Shown here piece after piece: positions 1 through 9,591 of a stretch of 64,000 nucleotides of DNA; the stretch's first letter is position 1, and each line of letters begins with the position of its first letter. Position numbers and translations under genes: made by a program. Source of the DNA: Minisyncoccota bacterium (GTDB lineage Bacteria > Patescibacteriota > Minisyncoccia > JBAYJV01); assembly GCA_041664925.1 (NCBI GenBank), contig JBAYJV010000001.1, positions 361,183-425,182 of the forward strand, read 5' to 3'. Under the pieces are notes generated by a model that was not told the origin of the DNA, ran no database searches, and was given only the letters and a program-made list of their open reading frames with translations.

Positions 1-1922
1 GTATTGCTGTTGGTATGGCGACAAATATTCCACCCCACAATTTTGGAGAAGTTATTGATGCAACGACAGCGGTAATTAATAAACCAACGATTTCTCCTCA
101 AGAACTTTCAGAAATTATTCCGGGTCCAGATTTTCCAACCGGGGGAATAATTTATGATTCAAAGGCGATTAGTGAGGCTTATGCTCAGGGAAAGGGCGGT
201 TTTGTCTGTCGAGCCAAAGCAGAAATTGAGGAATCTAAAGGAGGCAATTATCAAATCATAGTTAGCGAACTTATTTGGCAAGTGAATAAATCTGTATTAG
301 TTGAAAGAATAGCGGAATTAGTTAAGCTAAAAAAATTAGTTGGCATTAGGGGTTTAAGAGATGAATCAAATCGCGAAGGTGTTCGGATTGTTATAGAACT
401 TAAGAAAGGTTTTCAGCCAAAAAAAATTCTCAATAAACTTTACAAGCTAACTGATCTTCAAAAAACCTATCATCTCAATCTTTTGGCTCTCGTTGATGGA
501 ATCCAGCCGCAAATTTTATCCTTAAAAGAAATCCTAGAAAAATTTGTTGAACATCGCCTTATTGTTATAAAAAAGAGATCAGAATTTGAATTAAGAGAAG
601 CTGAGGCGCGAGCGCATATTTTAGAAGGATTCAGTAAGGCAATAAAAAATATTGAAGAAATCATTGAGACGATCAAGAAATCTAAAGACAAAGATGTTGC
701 TCAGAAAAACCTTGTTTCAAAATTTGGTTTTAGTGAAATTCAGGCAGAAGCTATCTTAAAAATGCGACTGCAAGCATTGGCAGGTCTTGAAAGAAAAAGA
801 ATAGAAGATGAACTGATTGAGAAGAAAAAGCTCATCGGCGAACTTAAAGACTTAATTTCTAGCCCGGATAAAATAAAGAGCTTGCTAAAGAAAGAACTAG
901 CAGAACTTAGGCATCTATATAGCGACGAAAGACGTACCAAGGTAATTTCTCGACCCATTAAATCAATTGGCGAAGATGAGCTGGTTCAAGAACAGGATAT
1001 CTTCATTACTATTACAAATGATGGTTATATCAAGCGATCGCCCCTTGAGGTCTATAAACAACAACACAGAGCCGGTATGGGTGTTTCAGGAATTGTTACT
1101 AAAGAAGAAGATGTTGTCAGACACCTTTTGTTCGCTTCAACAACAGACCAAATTCTCTTCTTCACAGACAAGGGAAAAGTTTTATCGCTCAGAGCTTATG
1201 AGATACCCGAGGCGAGCCGCACTTCAAAAGGAAAGCCGATGGTCAATATTGTCGAACTAGATGGCGGAGAAAGGGTAACGGCGGTATTAATTCTTAAAAA
1301 ACAACATCTTGAAAACCAAGAAAATGTCTGTGTTGTTATGGCTACCCAAGGTGGTATAATAAAAAAAACACCCATAAAAGACTTTACCAATATCAGAAAA
1401 TCTGGCATAAGGGCAATCAGGCTTAACATCGGTGATTTCTTGGGTTGGGCGGACATAGCGGAGGCAGATAATGAAATTTTCTTAGCAACTAAGAATGGAC
1501 AATCAATCCGTTTCCCAGGGAAAGATGTTCGTTCTATGGGTCGCAATTCAACGGGAGTAAGAGCAATTCGCCTTAAGGATCAAGACAAAGTTAAATGTAT
1601 GACAGTTGTGGGAAAATCTGACAAGAAAATGTTAGTTTTGATCAGCGAAAATGGTCTTGGAAAAAAGACAAGTCTAGACAAGTTTCGTGCGCAAAAAAGA
1701 GGTGGATCGGGCATTAAGGCTATGAAAGTTACTCCAAAAACTGGACCAATAGCGAGCGCTTTGTTCTTAAGTGATGAAGAAAACCTGATTATTATTTCAA
1801 AACACGGCAAAGTGATCCGAATGACGCTTAGTGGCATTCCTGTTTTAGGCAGAAACACACAAGGCGTTAGGATTATGAAACTTAAAGATGGAGATAGCGT
1901 TGCCGACTTCATAGCTTTTTAA
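1..1922 (+). CDS. gyrA: DNA gyrase subunit A, C-terminal portion (5'-truncated by window edge)
   Basis: Frame is open from base 3. Sequence AVGMATNIPPHNFGEVID matches the conserved GyrA segment after the active-site region. The long C-terminal beta-pinwheel repeat region follows. Confidence 0.9.
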   Translation, partial: IAVGMATNIPPHNFGEVIDATTAVINKPTISPQELSEIIPGPDFPTGGIIYDSKAISEAYAQGKGGFVCRAKAEIEESKGGNYQIIVSELIWQVNKSVLVERIAELVKLKKLVGIRGLRDESNREGVRIVIELKKGFQPKKILNKLYKLTDLQKTYHLNLLALVDGIQPQILSLKEILEKFVEHRLIVIKKRSEFELREAEARAHILEGFSKAIKNIEEIIETIKKSKDKDVAQKNLVSKFGFSEIQAEAILKMRLQALAGLERKRIEDELIEKKKLIGELKDLISSPDKIKSLLKKELAELRHLYSDERRTKVISRPIKSIGEDELVQEQDIFITITNDGYIKRSPLEVYKQQHRAGMGVSGIVTKEEDVVRHLLFASTTDQILFFTDKGKVLSLRAYEIPEASRTSKGKPMVNIVELDGGERVTAVLILKKQHLENQENVCVVMATQGGIIKKTPIKDFTNIRKSGIRAIRLNIGDFLGWADIAEADNEIFLATKNGQSIRFPGKDVRSMGRNSTGVRAIRLKDQDKVKCMTVVGKSDKKMLVLISENGLGKKTSLDKFRAQKRGGSGIKAMKVTPKTGPIASALFLSDEENLIIISKHGKVIRMTLSGIPVLGRNTQGVRIMKLKDGDSVADFIAF

Positions 1923-1947
1923 GTATTAAATTCGTGTTTAAACTCAT

Positions 1948-2493
1948 ATGTTTGGCAAAGGAGGTTTCTTAAATCCTAAAAAACTACTTACCGATATTGG
2001 AGTTGTCGGATTAGGACAAAAAGTAGCTGATTTTGGTTGTGGTTCCGGATATTTTTCTCTACCGCTCGCAGAACTAGTGGGAAGCGATGGTGCTGTCAAT
2101 GCTGTCGATGTCCTTGAGAGTGCTTTGCAAGTTGTTACGACCCGCGCAAAAAACGCAGGTTTTTTTAATGTAAAAACGATTCATGCTAATCTTGAAAAAG
2201 AACATGGCTCGGGATTGGCAACTGATTCTCAGGATATAGTTTTGATGGCAAATGTGCTTTTTCAATCTCAAAAAAAGGAAGAAATTATTAGCGAAGCTGT
2301 TCGAGTGATCAAGCCAGGGGGCAGAGTCGTAATTATTGAGTGGTTTCCTGATAGTTATTTTATGACAGATCGTGGCTGGAGAATTGATCCGGAAAAATTA
2401 AAAAAGATTCTCGAAAAAAACGGGTTAATTTTTGACAAGGAATTTCAACCTGACGATTATCATTACGGATTGGTTTATAGGAAAATGGAGTAA
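1948..2493 (+). CDS. class I SAM-dependent methyltransferase (small, 181 aa)
   Basis: Motif I-like DFGCGSGYFSLPLA and a following acidic loop (AVDV) typical of the Rossmann-fold methyltransferase family. Confidence 0.55.
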   Translation: MFGKGGFLNPKKLLTDIGVVGLGQKVADFGCGSGYFSLPLAELVGSDGAVNAVDVLESALQVVTTRAKNAGFFNVKTIHANLEKEHGSGLATDSQDIVLMANVLFQSQKKEEIISEAVRVIKPGGRVVIIEWFPDSYFMTDRGWRIDPEKLKKILEKNGLIFDKEFQPDDYHYGLVYRKME

Positions 2494-2524
2494 AGTGAAA
2501 TTTGTTATACTATTATCGAAATAA

Positions 2525-3922
2525 ATGTCTAAATCGAGGTTAATATTTTTTAGTGTTGTTGGATTTTTGATCATTATTCTTGTAGGAGGATTTTATATTT
2601 GGTTTAAAGGAGGAAAGCCCAAAGAAGTTACCTTAACTTTCTGGGGCGTTTTTAATGATACTGACCAATACTCGGGATTAATTGCCAAGTTTCGCCAAGA
2701 ACAATTGGCGCTAAAGAGAAGTCCCAAAAAAATTACAATTAATTACAAAAAATTTAATTCTTATGAAGAATATGAAAGAGCTTTGGTTGAAGCATGGACA
2801 GGGAAAATAAAGGGTCCGGATATTTTTATGATTCATGATACTTGGCTGCCCAATTATCAGCAGTATATTTACCCTTATCCCCAAACCAGCAAAAGCTCAA
2901 TGAATGCCCAATTATATCAGCAAACCTTTATGCCGGTAGCCAGTTACGACTTTTTAAGAAATGGGCAAATTTACGCCATTCCTCTGTCAATTGATACTTT
3001 GGCGCTTTACTATAATAAAGATATTTTAGACGAAATGTATCGCGGTAATCCCGATGAAGCGTGGGTTTTAAATGCGCCAAAAACATGGGATGATGTTATA
3101 AAACTTGCTGAATATACCGCGCAAAAAGATGAATGGGGAAATATCGGCCGATCAGGCATTGCTCTTGGAACAGCAAATAATATAAAAAGAGCGCAAGATA
3201 TTTTGTCTTTGATTATGCTTCAATCAGGGACACAGATGGTAGCAGACGATTTTCTTTCAACAACATTTGATAGAACCGTCACAGTCAACGGCGCTGCCTA
3301 TAATCCGGGAGAACAATCCCTTCAGTTTTATACAGATTTTGCCAATCCAAGAAAGAAAGTTTATGCCTGGAATACCCAAAAAAATTATTCAATTGATGAG
3401 TTTGCCGATGGAAATTTAACCATGATGATTGGCTATTCGTATCTTATGGGCACTATCGAAAAGAAAAATGCCAATCTTGGCTATGAAATTGGAACAGCGC
3501 CTCAACTTAAAGAAGTTAAAAAATCAGTTAATTATGCGAACTACTGGGGACTTTCCGTTCCGCGGACAACAAGTCGTCCCCAAGAAGCGTGGGATTTTAT
3601 TGAATTTTCTTCAAGATCAGAAAATGTTTTTCTTTTTCTCAGTGCTGCCAATTGCCCGACTGCAAGAATGGACATGATATCCTGGCAAGAAAAAGAGATG
3701 CCAAAATTGGGTGTTTTTGCGCGCCAAGGATTAACGGCGCAAAGCTGGTATCAAATTAATTCTGCTTCTGCCGATAAAGTGTTTTTGGAGATGATTAATA
3801 ATGTTAATATGGGAAAAGCGACACCAGCAAGAGCGATCAACGAAGCATCCAATGAATTAACGCTTTTAATGCAGCCGCCACCGCCAGAAAAAAAACCAAT
3901 TCTAAATCCATTAGATCTATAG
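2525..3922 (+). CDS. extracellular solute-binding protein, ABC-transporter SBP family-1-like, N-terminal membrane anchor
   Basis: N-terminal TM helix followed by a ~430 aa domain with the general pattern of sugar-type solute-binding proteins. No permease genes adjacent. Confidence 0.45.
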   Translation: MSKSRLIFFSVVGFLIIILVGGFYIWFKGGKPKEVTLTFWGVFNDTDQYSGLIAKFRQEQLALKRSPKKITINYKKFNSYEEYERALVEAWTGKIKGPDIFMIHDTWLPNYQQYIYPYPQTSKSSMNAQLYQQTFMPVASYDFLRNGQIYAIPLSIDTLALYYNKDILDEMYRGNPDEAWVLNAPKTWDDVIKLAEYTAQKDEWGNIGRSGIALGTANNIKRAQDILSLIMLQSGTQMVADDFLSTTFDRTVTVNGAAYNPGEQSLQFYTDFANPRKKVYAWNTQKNYSIDEFADGNLTMMIGYSYLMGTIEKKNANLGYEIGTAPQLKEVKKSVNYANYWGLSVPRTTSRPQEAWDFIEFSSRSENVFLFLSAANCPTARMDMISWQEKEMPKLGVFARQGLTAQSWYQINSASADKVFLEMINNVNMGKATPARAINEASNELTLLMQPPPPEKKPILNPLDL

Positions 3923-3928
3923 CATATT

Positions 3929-5122
3929 ATGAAAATAGCAAAAAAAATATTTGGCATATCTTTTGTTAGTTTTCTTTTGTTTTTTGCAGTTAATGTACTT
4001 GCAATAGATCCGCCAACAGGATTAAACATAAATCATAGTGGCACTCCACCGAACGTAGCCGTTATAATTGAATGGGACGACGAATCAGCTGAATATTACA
4101 AGGTTTATGCTAATGGAGTGCAAATAGGAGACGATTTTTATAATCCGACCCCTCATCATGTTTTTGTATATACCGAGTCGTCTTCTGGGGATTATGTTTA
4201 TGGCGTAGAATCTTTTGATCCAGTCACAGGAGATGTTTCGTCGCGATTGGAACAATCATACACTGTTCCTGTTGTCGATCCGCCAACTAACCTATCATTA
4301 AATCAAGACGCAGATAATCGAGTTGATGTCAGCTGGAATGGAACATCTCAACAATATAGGGTATATAGAGATGGTAATTTAGTGAATACCACGACAGCAG
4401 GCAATACAAATTTTCAGGACGTTAATGTTCCAACAGGAAATCATTTATATAAAGTAACATCATATAATGCGACGATCAACGCAGAGTCAACTCCCATTAG
4501 CGCTTCGATTGATGTTACTGGACCAGGTTCTTTTGTGGAAGACTGTGATAATACAATGGAAGATGACGGTGATGGAAAAATTGACTGCGAAGACCCTGAC
4601 TGTTCAGCAGACCCTGCTTGTGTCCCACCTCCTATTGAAATCTGCACCGGTGGCGTAGATGAAGACAACGATGGATTAGTTGATTGTGCTGATGATAATT
4701 GTCTTGGTGATCCTGCGTGTACTGGGGGAGGAACTCATCGGCCATCAGGAGATCTTTTTCCTATTATCCAATGCGGCTATAATTGTCCTGGTGTTTTTCC
4801 CGGAGATCCGGGCGCCGATTGTTGTACGCTTTGCGATGCGTTTGAGACAATATCGCGCATTATTAATATTATTTTAATGTTCGGTTTCATTTTGGGTGGC
4901 ATGTTTTTAGTGGTTGCTGGGATTATTATGTATGCAGGGGGAGCGAGTTCTGGTTTATTAAATAAATCAAAAACTATTATAAAAGGCGTGATTTTTGGGC
5001 TTGTGATTATGCTGGTTTCTTATTTAATCGTCTTTACTATTATTCATTTCCTTTCTGCCGGCAATGCTGATACTTTATTTAGTATAAAAAATGGCGGATT
5101 TGTTATCGAATGCACGCCATAA
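3929..5122 (+). CDS. secreted protein: two Fn3-like repeats + Cys/Asp-rich calcium-binding-like module + C-terminal VirB2/TrbC-like two-helix pilin domain
   Basis: Signal peptide. Two repeats each starting DPPTGLN/DPPTNLS. Block DCDNTMEDDGDGKIDCEDPDC...DEDNDGLVDCADDNC. C-terminal ~100 aa is homologous to the three following small proteins (hydrophobic helix - GG loop - hydrophobic helix). Confidence 0.4.
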   Translation: MKIAKKIFGISFVSFLLFFAVNVLAIDPPTGLNINHSGTPPNVAVIIEWDDESAEYYKVYANGVQIGDDFYNPTPHHVFVYTESSSGDYVYGVESFDPVTGDVSSRLEQSYTVPVVDPPTNLSLNQDADNRVDVSWNGTSQQYRVYRDGNLVNTTTAGNTNFQDVNVPTGNHLYKVTSYNATINAESTPISASIDVTGPGSFVEDCDNTMEDDGDGKIDCEDPDCSADPACVPPPIEICTGGVDEDNDGLVDCADDNCLGDPACTGGGTHRPSGDLFPIIQCGYNCPGVFPGDPGADCCTLCDAFETISRIINIILMFGFILGGMFLVVAGIIMYAGGASSGLLNKSKTIIKGVIFGLVIMLVSYLIVFTIIHFLSAGNADTLFSIKNGGFVIECTP

Positions 5123-5130
5123 TATAAAAT

Positions 5131-5490
5131 ATGACAAAAAAAATATCTCTTTTCGCTATGTTTTCAATATTTTGTATATTTTTGTTTCCGACGGGATTAA
5201 TATTAGCAGAAGACACCAATGCTCCTTTTGTAACTCAGATTAATAATCCAATTGGCACAACCAGTACAATAGAATTGATTAATAGGGTTTCTAACTATCT
5301 TTTATGGATGGCGGTAATTTTGGGGCCGATGGTGATTGTGGCTGCAGCTTTAATCTTTTTGACTTCGGGTGGAAACGATAGAAAAATTACAACTGCTAAA
5401 AAAATGCTTTTGTATGCAGTTCTTGGCTTAGCGTTGGCGTTAGTAAGTAAGGGTATCGTCAGCTTAGTTAAAGATTTTCTGAGCACATAG
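5131..5490 (+). CDS. VirB2/TrbC-like pilin-type small membrane protein (paralog 2 of 4)
   Basis: Signal peptide, then two hydrophobic helices separated by the loop TSGGNDRK. Shares ...GLALALVSKGIVSLV-type C-terminus with neighbours. Confidence 0.4.
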   Translation: MTKKISLFAMFSIFCIFLFPTGLILAEDTNAPFVTQINNPIGTTSTIELINRVSNYLLWMAVILGPMVIVAAALIFLTSGGNDRKITTAKKMLLYAVLGLALALVSKGIVSLVKDFLST

Positions 5491-5550
5491 TTTGGTTTAT
5501 CCACAAAAGCACTTTAAAAGGACTAATCTTGTAGTATAATGAATTAAAAG

Positions 5551-5979
5551 ATGAAAAAAACACTCTTTTCTGTTTTGTGTGCTATCATAATTTTTTCAGC
5601 CATTGTTCCTGTGGCCGTTTTTGCTGCTCCCATTGATCCTAGTGTCGGTCCACCTCCTGGAACAATAGACGACTTAACAGCAGATGATGTTGTTAGAATA
5701 ATAATTAATATTAGAAACTGGTTTGCAGGAATCGTTTTAATTATTGCAGTTGCGGCGGTTTTAGTGTCTGCGTTTATGTTTATGACCGCTGGCGGAGATG
5801 ATAAAAAAGTTGATATAGCAAAAAAGATACTTAAAAATGCCGTGATCGGCATTGTGGTTGCCCTTCTTGCCTTTGGCATAGTCAGCCTTATTTCAAGTAC
5901 ACTAAATGATCTTAGGGGTGGTGGAACTTCTGTTCCTGCTTCCGTTATTCCAACTCCAATTCCGACAAACGGCCCATAA
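5551..5979 (+). CDS. VirB2/TrbC-like pilin-type small membrane protein (paralog 3 of 4)
   Basis: Signal peptide ending AVFA/AP. NIRNWFAGIVLIIAVAAVLVSAFMFMTAGGDDKK...IVVALLAFGIVSLIS. Pro-rich C-terminal tail. Confidence 0.4.
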   Translation: MKKTLFSVLCAIIIFSAIVPVAVFAAPIDPSVGPPPGTIDDLTADDVVRIIINIRNWFAGIVLIIAVAAVLVSAFMFMTAGGDDKKVDIAKKILKNAVIGIVVALLAFGIVSLISSTLNDLRGGGTSVPASVIPTPIPTNGP

Positions 5980-6030
5980 CATAAATAAAAAATCTAAAAA
6001 TGTGATTGAATTTCACAAAGTTGAAAGGGG

Positions 6031-6429
6031 GTGAGAAAAGTGAAGATATTAAAATTTATACTTCCGTTACTAGCTATTGGTCTTTTTGTCGCACCCAATG
6101 CCTTAGCCCTTCTTCAACCAGTTAATGTTAACGGCAACATTCTACCTCCAGACAACATGAACCAGTTAAGTTCTGCAAATATGGACAGTATTACACTAGC
6201 AATTGTTAATCTCCGTAACTGGTTTGCTGGTATAGTTCTGGTTGTTGCAGTCGCCGCCCTCTTGTTCGGTGCCCTTAAATATATGTTCTCAGGAGGTGAC
6301 AGCACAAAGACCAAGGATGCTCGTGGTTGGATTGTTGGTGGTGTTATTGGCGCAATTATCGCTGCTGTGTCATTTGGCTTGGTAACAATAGTAATGAATA
6401 TTATAAAGAGCCTTACTGCTATACCATGA
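6031..6429 (+). CDS. VirB2/TrbC-like pilin-type small membrane protein (paralog 4 of 4)
   Basis: NLRNWFAGIVLVVAVAALLFGALKYMFSGGDSTK...IAAVSFGLVTIV. The NxRNWFAGIVL block is near-identical to paralog 3. Confidence 0.4.
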   Translation: MRKVKILKFILPLLAIGLFVAPNALALLQPVNVNGNILPPDNMNQLSSANMDSITLAIVNLRNWFAGIVLVVAVAALLFGALKYMFSGGDSTKTKDARGWIVGGVIGAIIAAVSFGLVTIVMNIIKSLTAIP

Positions 6430-6451
6430 GGTAATAAACATTTTGTTTATA

Positions 6452-6488
6452 CAAAAAAAGACCTCGTTTTAAAGGGGGTCTTTTTTTG
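6452..6488. terminator. bidirectional rho-independent terminator between convergent genes
   Basis: A-run, hairpin AAAGACC...GGTCTTT, T-run. Sits between the + gene ending 6429 and the - gene ending 6499. Confidence 0.6.
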
Positions 6489-6498
6489 TTAAAAAAAT

Positions 6499-8301
6499 TT
6501 ACAAAACTTCAAAGATTATTGATCTTAAATAATAATCTTTTCTTGGTACTTCACGAAATAAATCCGGTCTCGATTTTAATAAATACACAAGTTCTTTTAT
6601 TGCCCATCTTTCACGATTGTTAATAAAAAAATATTTTGCAGGGAAATAATTTTTAATTGTTTTATAAATATTTGAAGCATTTTGAGGGGTGCATATTTTT
6701 TGGTAATCAGGACACTTTTGAGAATCACAAACTGTACCGCTGAGCATATTTGCCCAAAACCAATAAAGTTTTTCGCTGTAAACATACATGAAGGTTGGAT
6801 CCATAGCGGAAATATAGTAGCCTTTATCGTTAAAATAAAATAATCCGGGAAAATCAGACCAATATGTGTGTAAAATCAATTCTTTTTCTTTTGTGTTTTC
6901 CCTGAGAAACGAAGAAGTTTCCCTAAAGGCATAAAAATTATTTTCATATCTGTTTACGGAAAGCCAAAAAGAACACTCTAAGTAACTTAGAAATAAAAAT
7001 AACAAAGGAAGGACAAAAATAATCATTCTTTTTAAGTCAAAACAACGAAATTTTTCTACGGTAGATGATTGTTCTTTTAAGAAAAAATAGCTAATGATTA
7101 TACTGAGCGAAAAAACAGTCAAAGGCACAAAATATTCGATAAACCTGTTTGCGAACAAAGAAAAAGCCAAAAAAATACTTGTCAATACGAAAAGATAAAA
7201 AATAAAAAAACTGTTATCATTTTTTGTTATTTCTTTTCGGGAAAAAAGTAATGAAAATCCAATAACAGGCAAAATAAACCAACAAATTAAGATTAGCATG
7301 GAATAAATTATTCCTAATTTGCTTGAAATGATTGATGAATAAGTAAAAATTATCAAATTAAAGCCAAGAACCAGATTAAAGAGGCAAAAAACCACAACCT
7401 TTTTAGGGCTAATAATTGTTTTATGGCTAAATTTATAAAAAATCAAAAAAACCAAAAACAAATAAGCAACTAAAATTAAGAGTCCCCATCCGTCAAAAGG
7501 ATTAAAACCAACCGACAACTCAGCTCCAAAATTTAACCCAGCACCCTTAATTTTATAGAATATTGTCAAGAAATTTTGAACAAAAAGCATTTTTAAATTA
7601 TTAGGAAAATCTGGGCGTAAAACTAAGCCAAAAATGATACCGGGAATAATCGAAGTTAAAATTTTAAAATCGAATATTTTTTTATAAATAATCTCTAAAG
7701 CAAGATAAACAAGGGCAAGAATACCAAGCAGAATGAAGGCAGCAGGGTAGGTTAGAGCAAAAAACCAAGAAACAAAAAAAAGCGCAATATACTTGCGCTT
7801 AAAAATGAAATAAATACTCAAAAAGAGACAAATAATAGAAAAAATGAAATCGCGCGGCAAAAGCAATCTAAATAAGAAACTAAAATTGACCAATAAAAGA
7901 AATCCTGTCCAAAAAAAAGGAAACTTAATATTTAATTTATTTAGTAGATAGTAGAAAACCAGACAAAACAAAGCAGAAAAAATAACTGAAGATAATTTAA
8001 TTCCAAAAACTAAATCTTTAAAAAAAGTAAATGGCAACAAAAGCAAGTGATATCCGAGCCAAATATCCGACGGATATTTGCTTAGAATTGAATATTGCGT
8101 CCACGGAAAACTTTGAATTGCAGACAATCCTTCTGTTCTAATAAGATAAGCGTGCTTAATATGATAGTAGCTGTCTGGATCGAGAGATCCAGCAAATGAA
8201 AATTGCAATAATGCAAAAAAAATCACAAAAATAATAAAAAATGATAGAAATCTGTATTTATTCAACTCTTTAAAAACATTTTCTATTATTTTAATTTTCA
8301 T
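6499..8301 (-). CDS. polytopic membrane protein, putative GT-C-fold glycosyltransferase (PMT/ArnT-like) with C-terminal soluble domain
   Basis: More than 10 predicted TM helices followed by a ~150 aa Cys-containing hydrophilic C-terminal domain. Sits in an operon with GT2 and methyltransferase genes. Confidence 0.35.
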   Translation of the reverse strand: MKIKIIENVFKELNKYRFLSFFIIFVIFFALLQFSFAGSLDPDSYYHIKHAYLIRTEGLSAIQSFPWTQYSILSKYPSDIWLGYHLLLLPFTFFKDLVFGIKLSSVIFSALFCLVFYYLLNKLNIKFPFFWTGFLLLVNFSFLFRLLLPRDFIFSIICLFLSIYFIFKRKYIALFFVSWFFALTYPAAFILLGILALVYLALEIIYKKIFDFKILTSIIPGIIFGLVLRPDFPNNLKMLFVQNFLTIFYKIKGAGLNFGAELSVGFNPFDGWGLLILVAYLFLVFLIFYKFSHKTIISPKKVVVFCLFNLVLGFNLIIFTYSSIISSKLGIIYSMLILICWFILPVIGFSLLFSRKEITKNDNSFFIFYLFVLTSIFLAFSLFANRFIEYFVPLTVFSLSIIISYFFLKEQSSTVEKFRCFDLKRMIIFVLPLLFLFLSYLECSFWLSVNRYENNFYAFRETSSFLRENTKEKELILHTYWSDFPGLFYFNDKGYYISAMDPTFMYVYSEKLYWFWANMLSGTVCDSQKCPDYQKICTPQNASNIYKTIKNYFPAKYFFINNRERWAIKELVYLLKSRPDLFREVPRKDYYLRSIIFEVL

Positions 8302-8882
8302 TTTTTATTTTGAAAAAGATATAGACAATTAAGTCCAAGCTCAAACGATTTTTGTTTTATGATCTTAAAATTATATTTTTCAAGTATTTGTATTAAGTTT
8401 TTTGGTGAATAATATAATTTATGCCCTGTAATTTCTTCACGGCTTATCAAGAATAATTTTGCAGATAATTTCAATATGGATTTAGATAGGGGTTTCGGAG
8501 TTGTGATTAATAAAAAAGCATTTTTTTTCAGAATGCGACCAGATTGTTCTAATAGAAGTTCTAATTCTCTAAATTCGAGATGTTCAATCACAGCTAGAAG
8601 AGTAATAATGTCGAAAAAGTTATTTTCAAACTTAGGCAAAATATCCTTAGCAACCCCTCTCTTTATATGAATATTTTTCTGATCTAAATTATTACTTTTT
8701 GGGTCTAAGCCCCATCCGCCAAACTTATTTACTAAAAAATAATCGCTTCCACAACCAATATCAAGAAGACGAAAAGTGTTTTTATTAAAAAGCGTTTTTA
8801 TTAATGATTTTGCCTTATTTATTCTAATGTCTCTGATAAGAATATCAATTTTATTAAAATCATTTTTTTTAAGGAATCGCAT
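8298..8882 (-). CDS. class I SAM-dependent methyltransferase
   Basis: LLDIGCGSDYF motif I. Start overlaps the stop of the upstream gene by 4 bp (operon). Confidence 0.55.
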   Translation of the reverse strand: MRFLKKNDFNKIDILIRDIRINKAKSLIKTLFNKNTFRLLDIGCGSDYFLVNKFGGWGLDPKSNNLDQKNIHIKRGVAKDILPKFENNFFDIITLLAVIEHLEFRELELLLEQSGRILKKNAFLLITTPKPLSKSILKLSAKLFLISREEITGHKLYYSPKNLIQILEKYNFKIIKQKSFELGLNCLYLFQNKK

Positions 8883-8886
8883 TTTA

Positions 8887-9591
8887 TTAGTCCTTAAAAC
8901 GGTATTTTATTAAAGTTAGAATTGCAACCAAACCATCTTTCCAATTGATTTTTTTGCCATGTTTTTTATTGCGGGGAAAATATTTAATCGGTAATTCATA
9001 AATTTTTATTTTCTTTTTTGCAATTTTTGCTGTTACTTCTGGACAAAACTCGAAATGGGAACACTTCAGGTCAAGGCCCTTGATTATTTCTTTTTTGAAC
9101 ATTTTATAACAAGTTGGTTCGTCGGTAATTCTTGTATTATATAAAAAATTAGTTAAGAGGCTTAAGAATAATCCACCTAGGTAAAAGGTTGGACTTGAAA
9201 TCTGGTTTTTGCCTCGTGTTCTTGATCCATAAACTACTTCTGCCAAACCATCTTGAATAGGTTTAATAAGTCTTAGGAGGTCTTGGGGATCATATTCTAG
9301 GTCAGCGTCTTGAATTACCACTACATCTCCGTTAACATACTTCAATCCTTCTCGAATTGCATAGCCCTTGCCAAAATTTCGTTCCAGAAGGATAATTTTT
9401 AAATTTTGGTCGTTATTTAATATAATTTCTGACAAAAGATCGCGAGTTCCATCTACCGAACCATCATCAACGATAATAATTTCTTTATCAATGTCTAGTT
9501 CTATAACTTTCTTTAAAATCTCATTGACTGTTAATTTCTCGTTATATATTGGAATGATAATAGAAAGCTTCATAATTCTACTTAATACCAA
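8887..9591 (-). CDS. GT2-family glycosyltransferase (polyprenol-phosphate sugar transferase, DPM1/ArnC-like)
   Basis: LSIIIPIYNE...IIIVDDGSVDGT...VIQDADLEYDP: canonical GT-A DXD-containing GT2 motifs. Confidence 0.7.
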   Translation of the reverse strand: MVLSRIMKLSIIIPIYNEKLTVNEILKKVIELDIDKEIIIVDDGSVDGTRDLLSEIILNNDQNLKIILLERNFGKGYAIREGLKYVNGDVVVIQDADLEYDPQDLLRLIKPIQDGLAEVVYGSRTRGKNQISSPTFYLGGLFLSLLTNFLYNTRITDEPTCYKMFKKEIIKGLDLKCSHFEFCPEVTAKIAKKKIKIYELPIKYFPRNKKHGKKINWKDGLVAILTLIKYRFKD

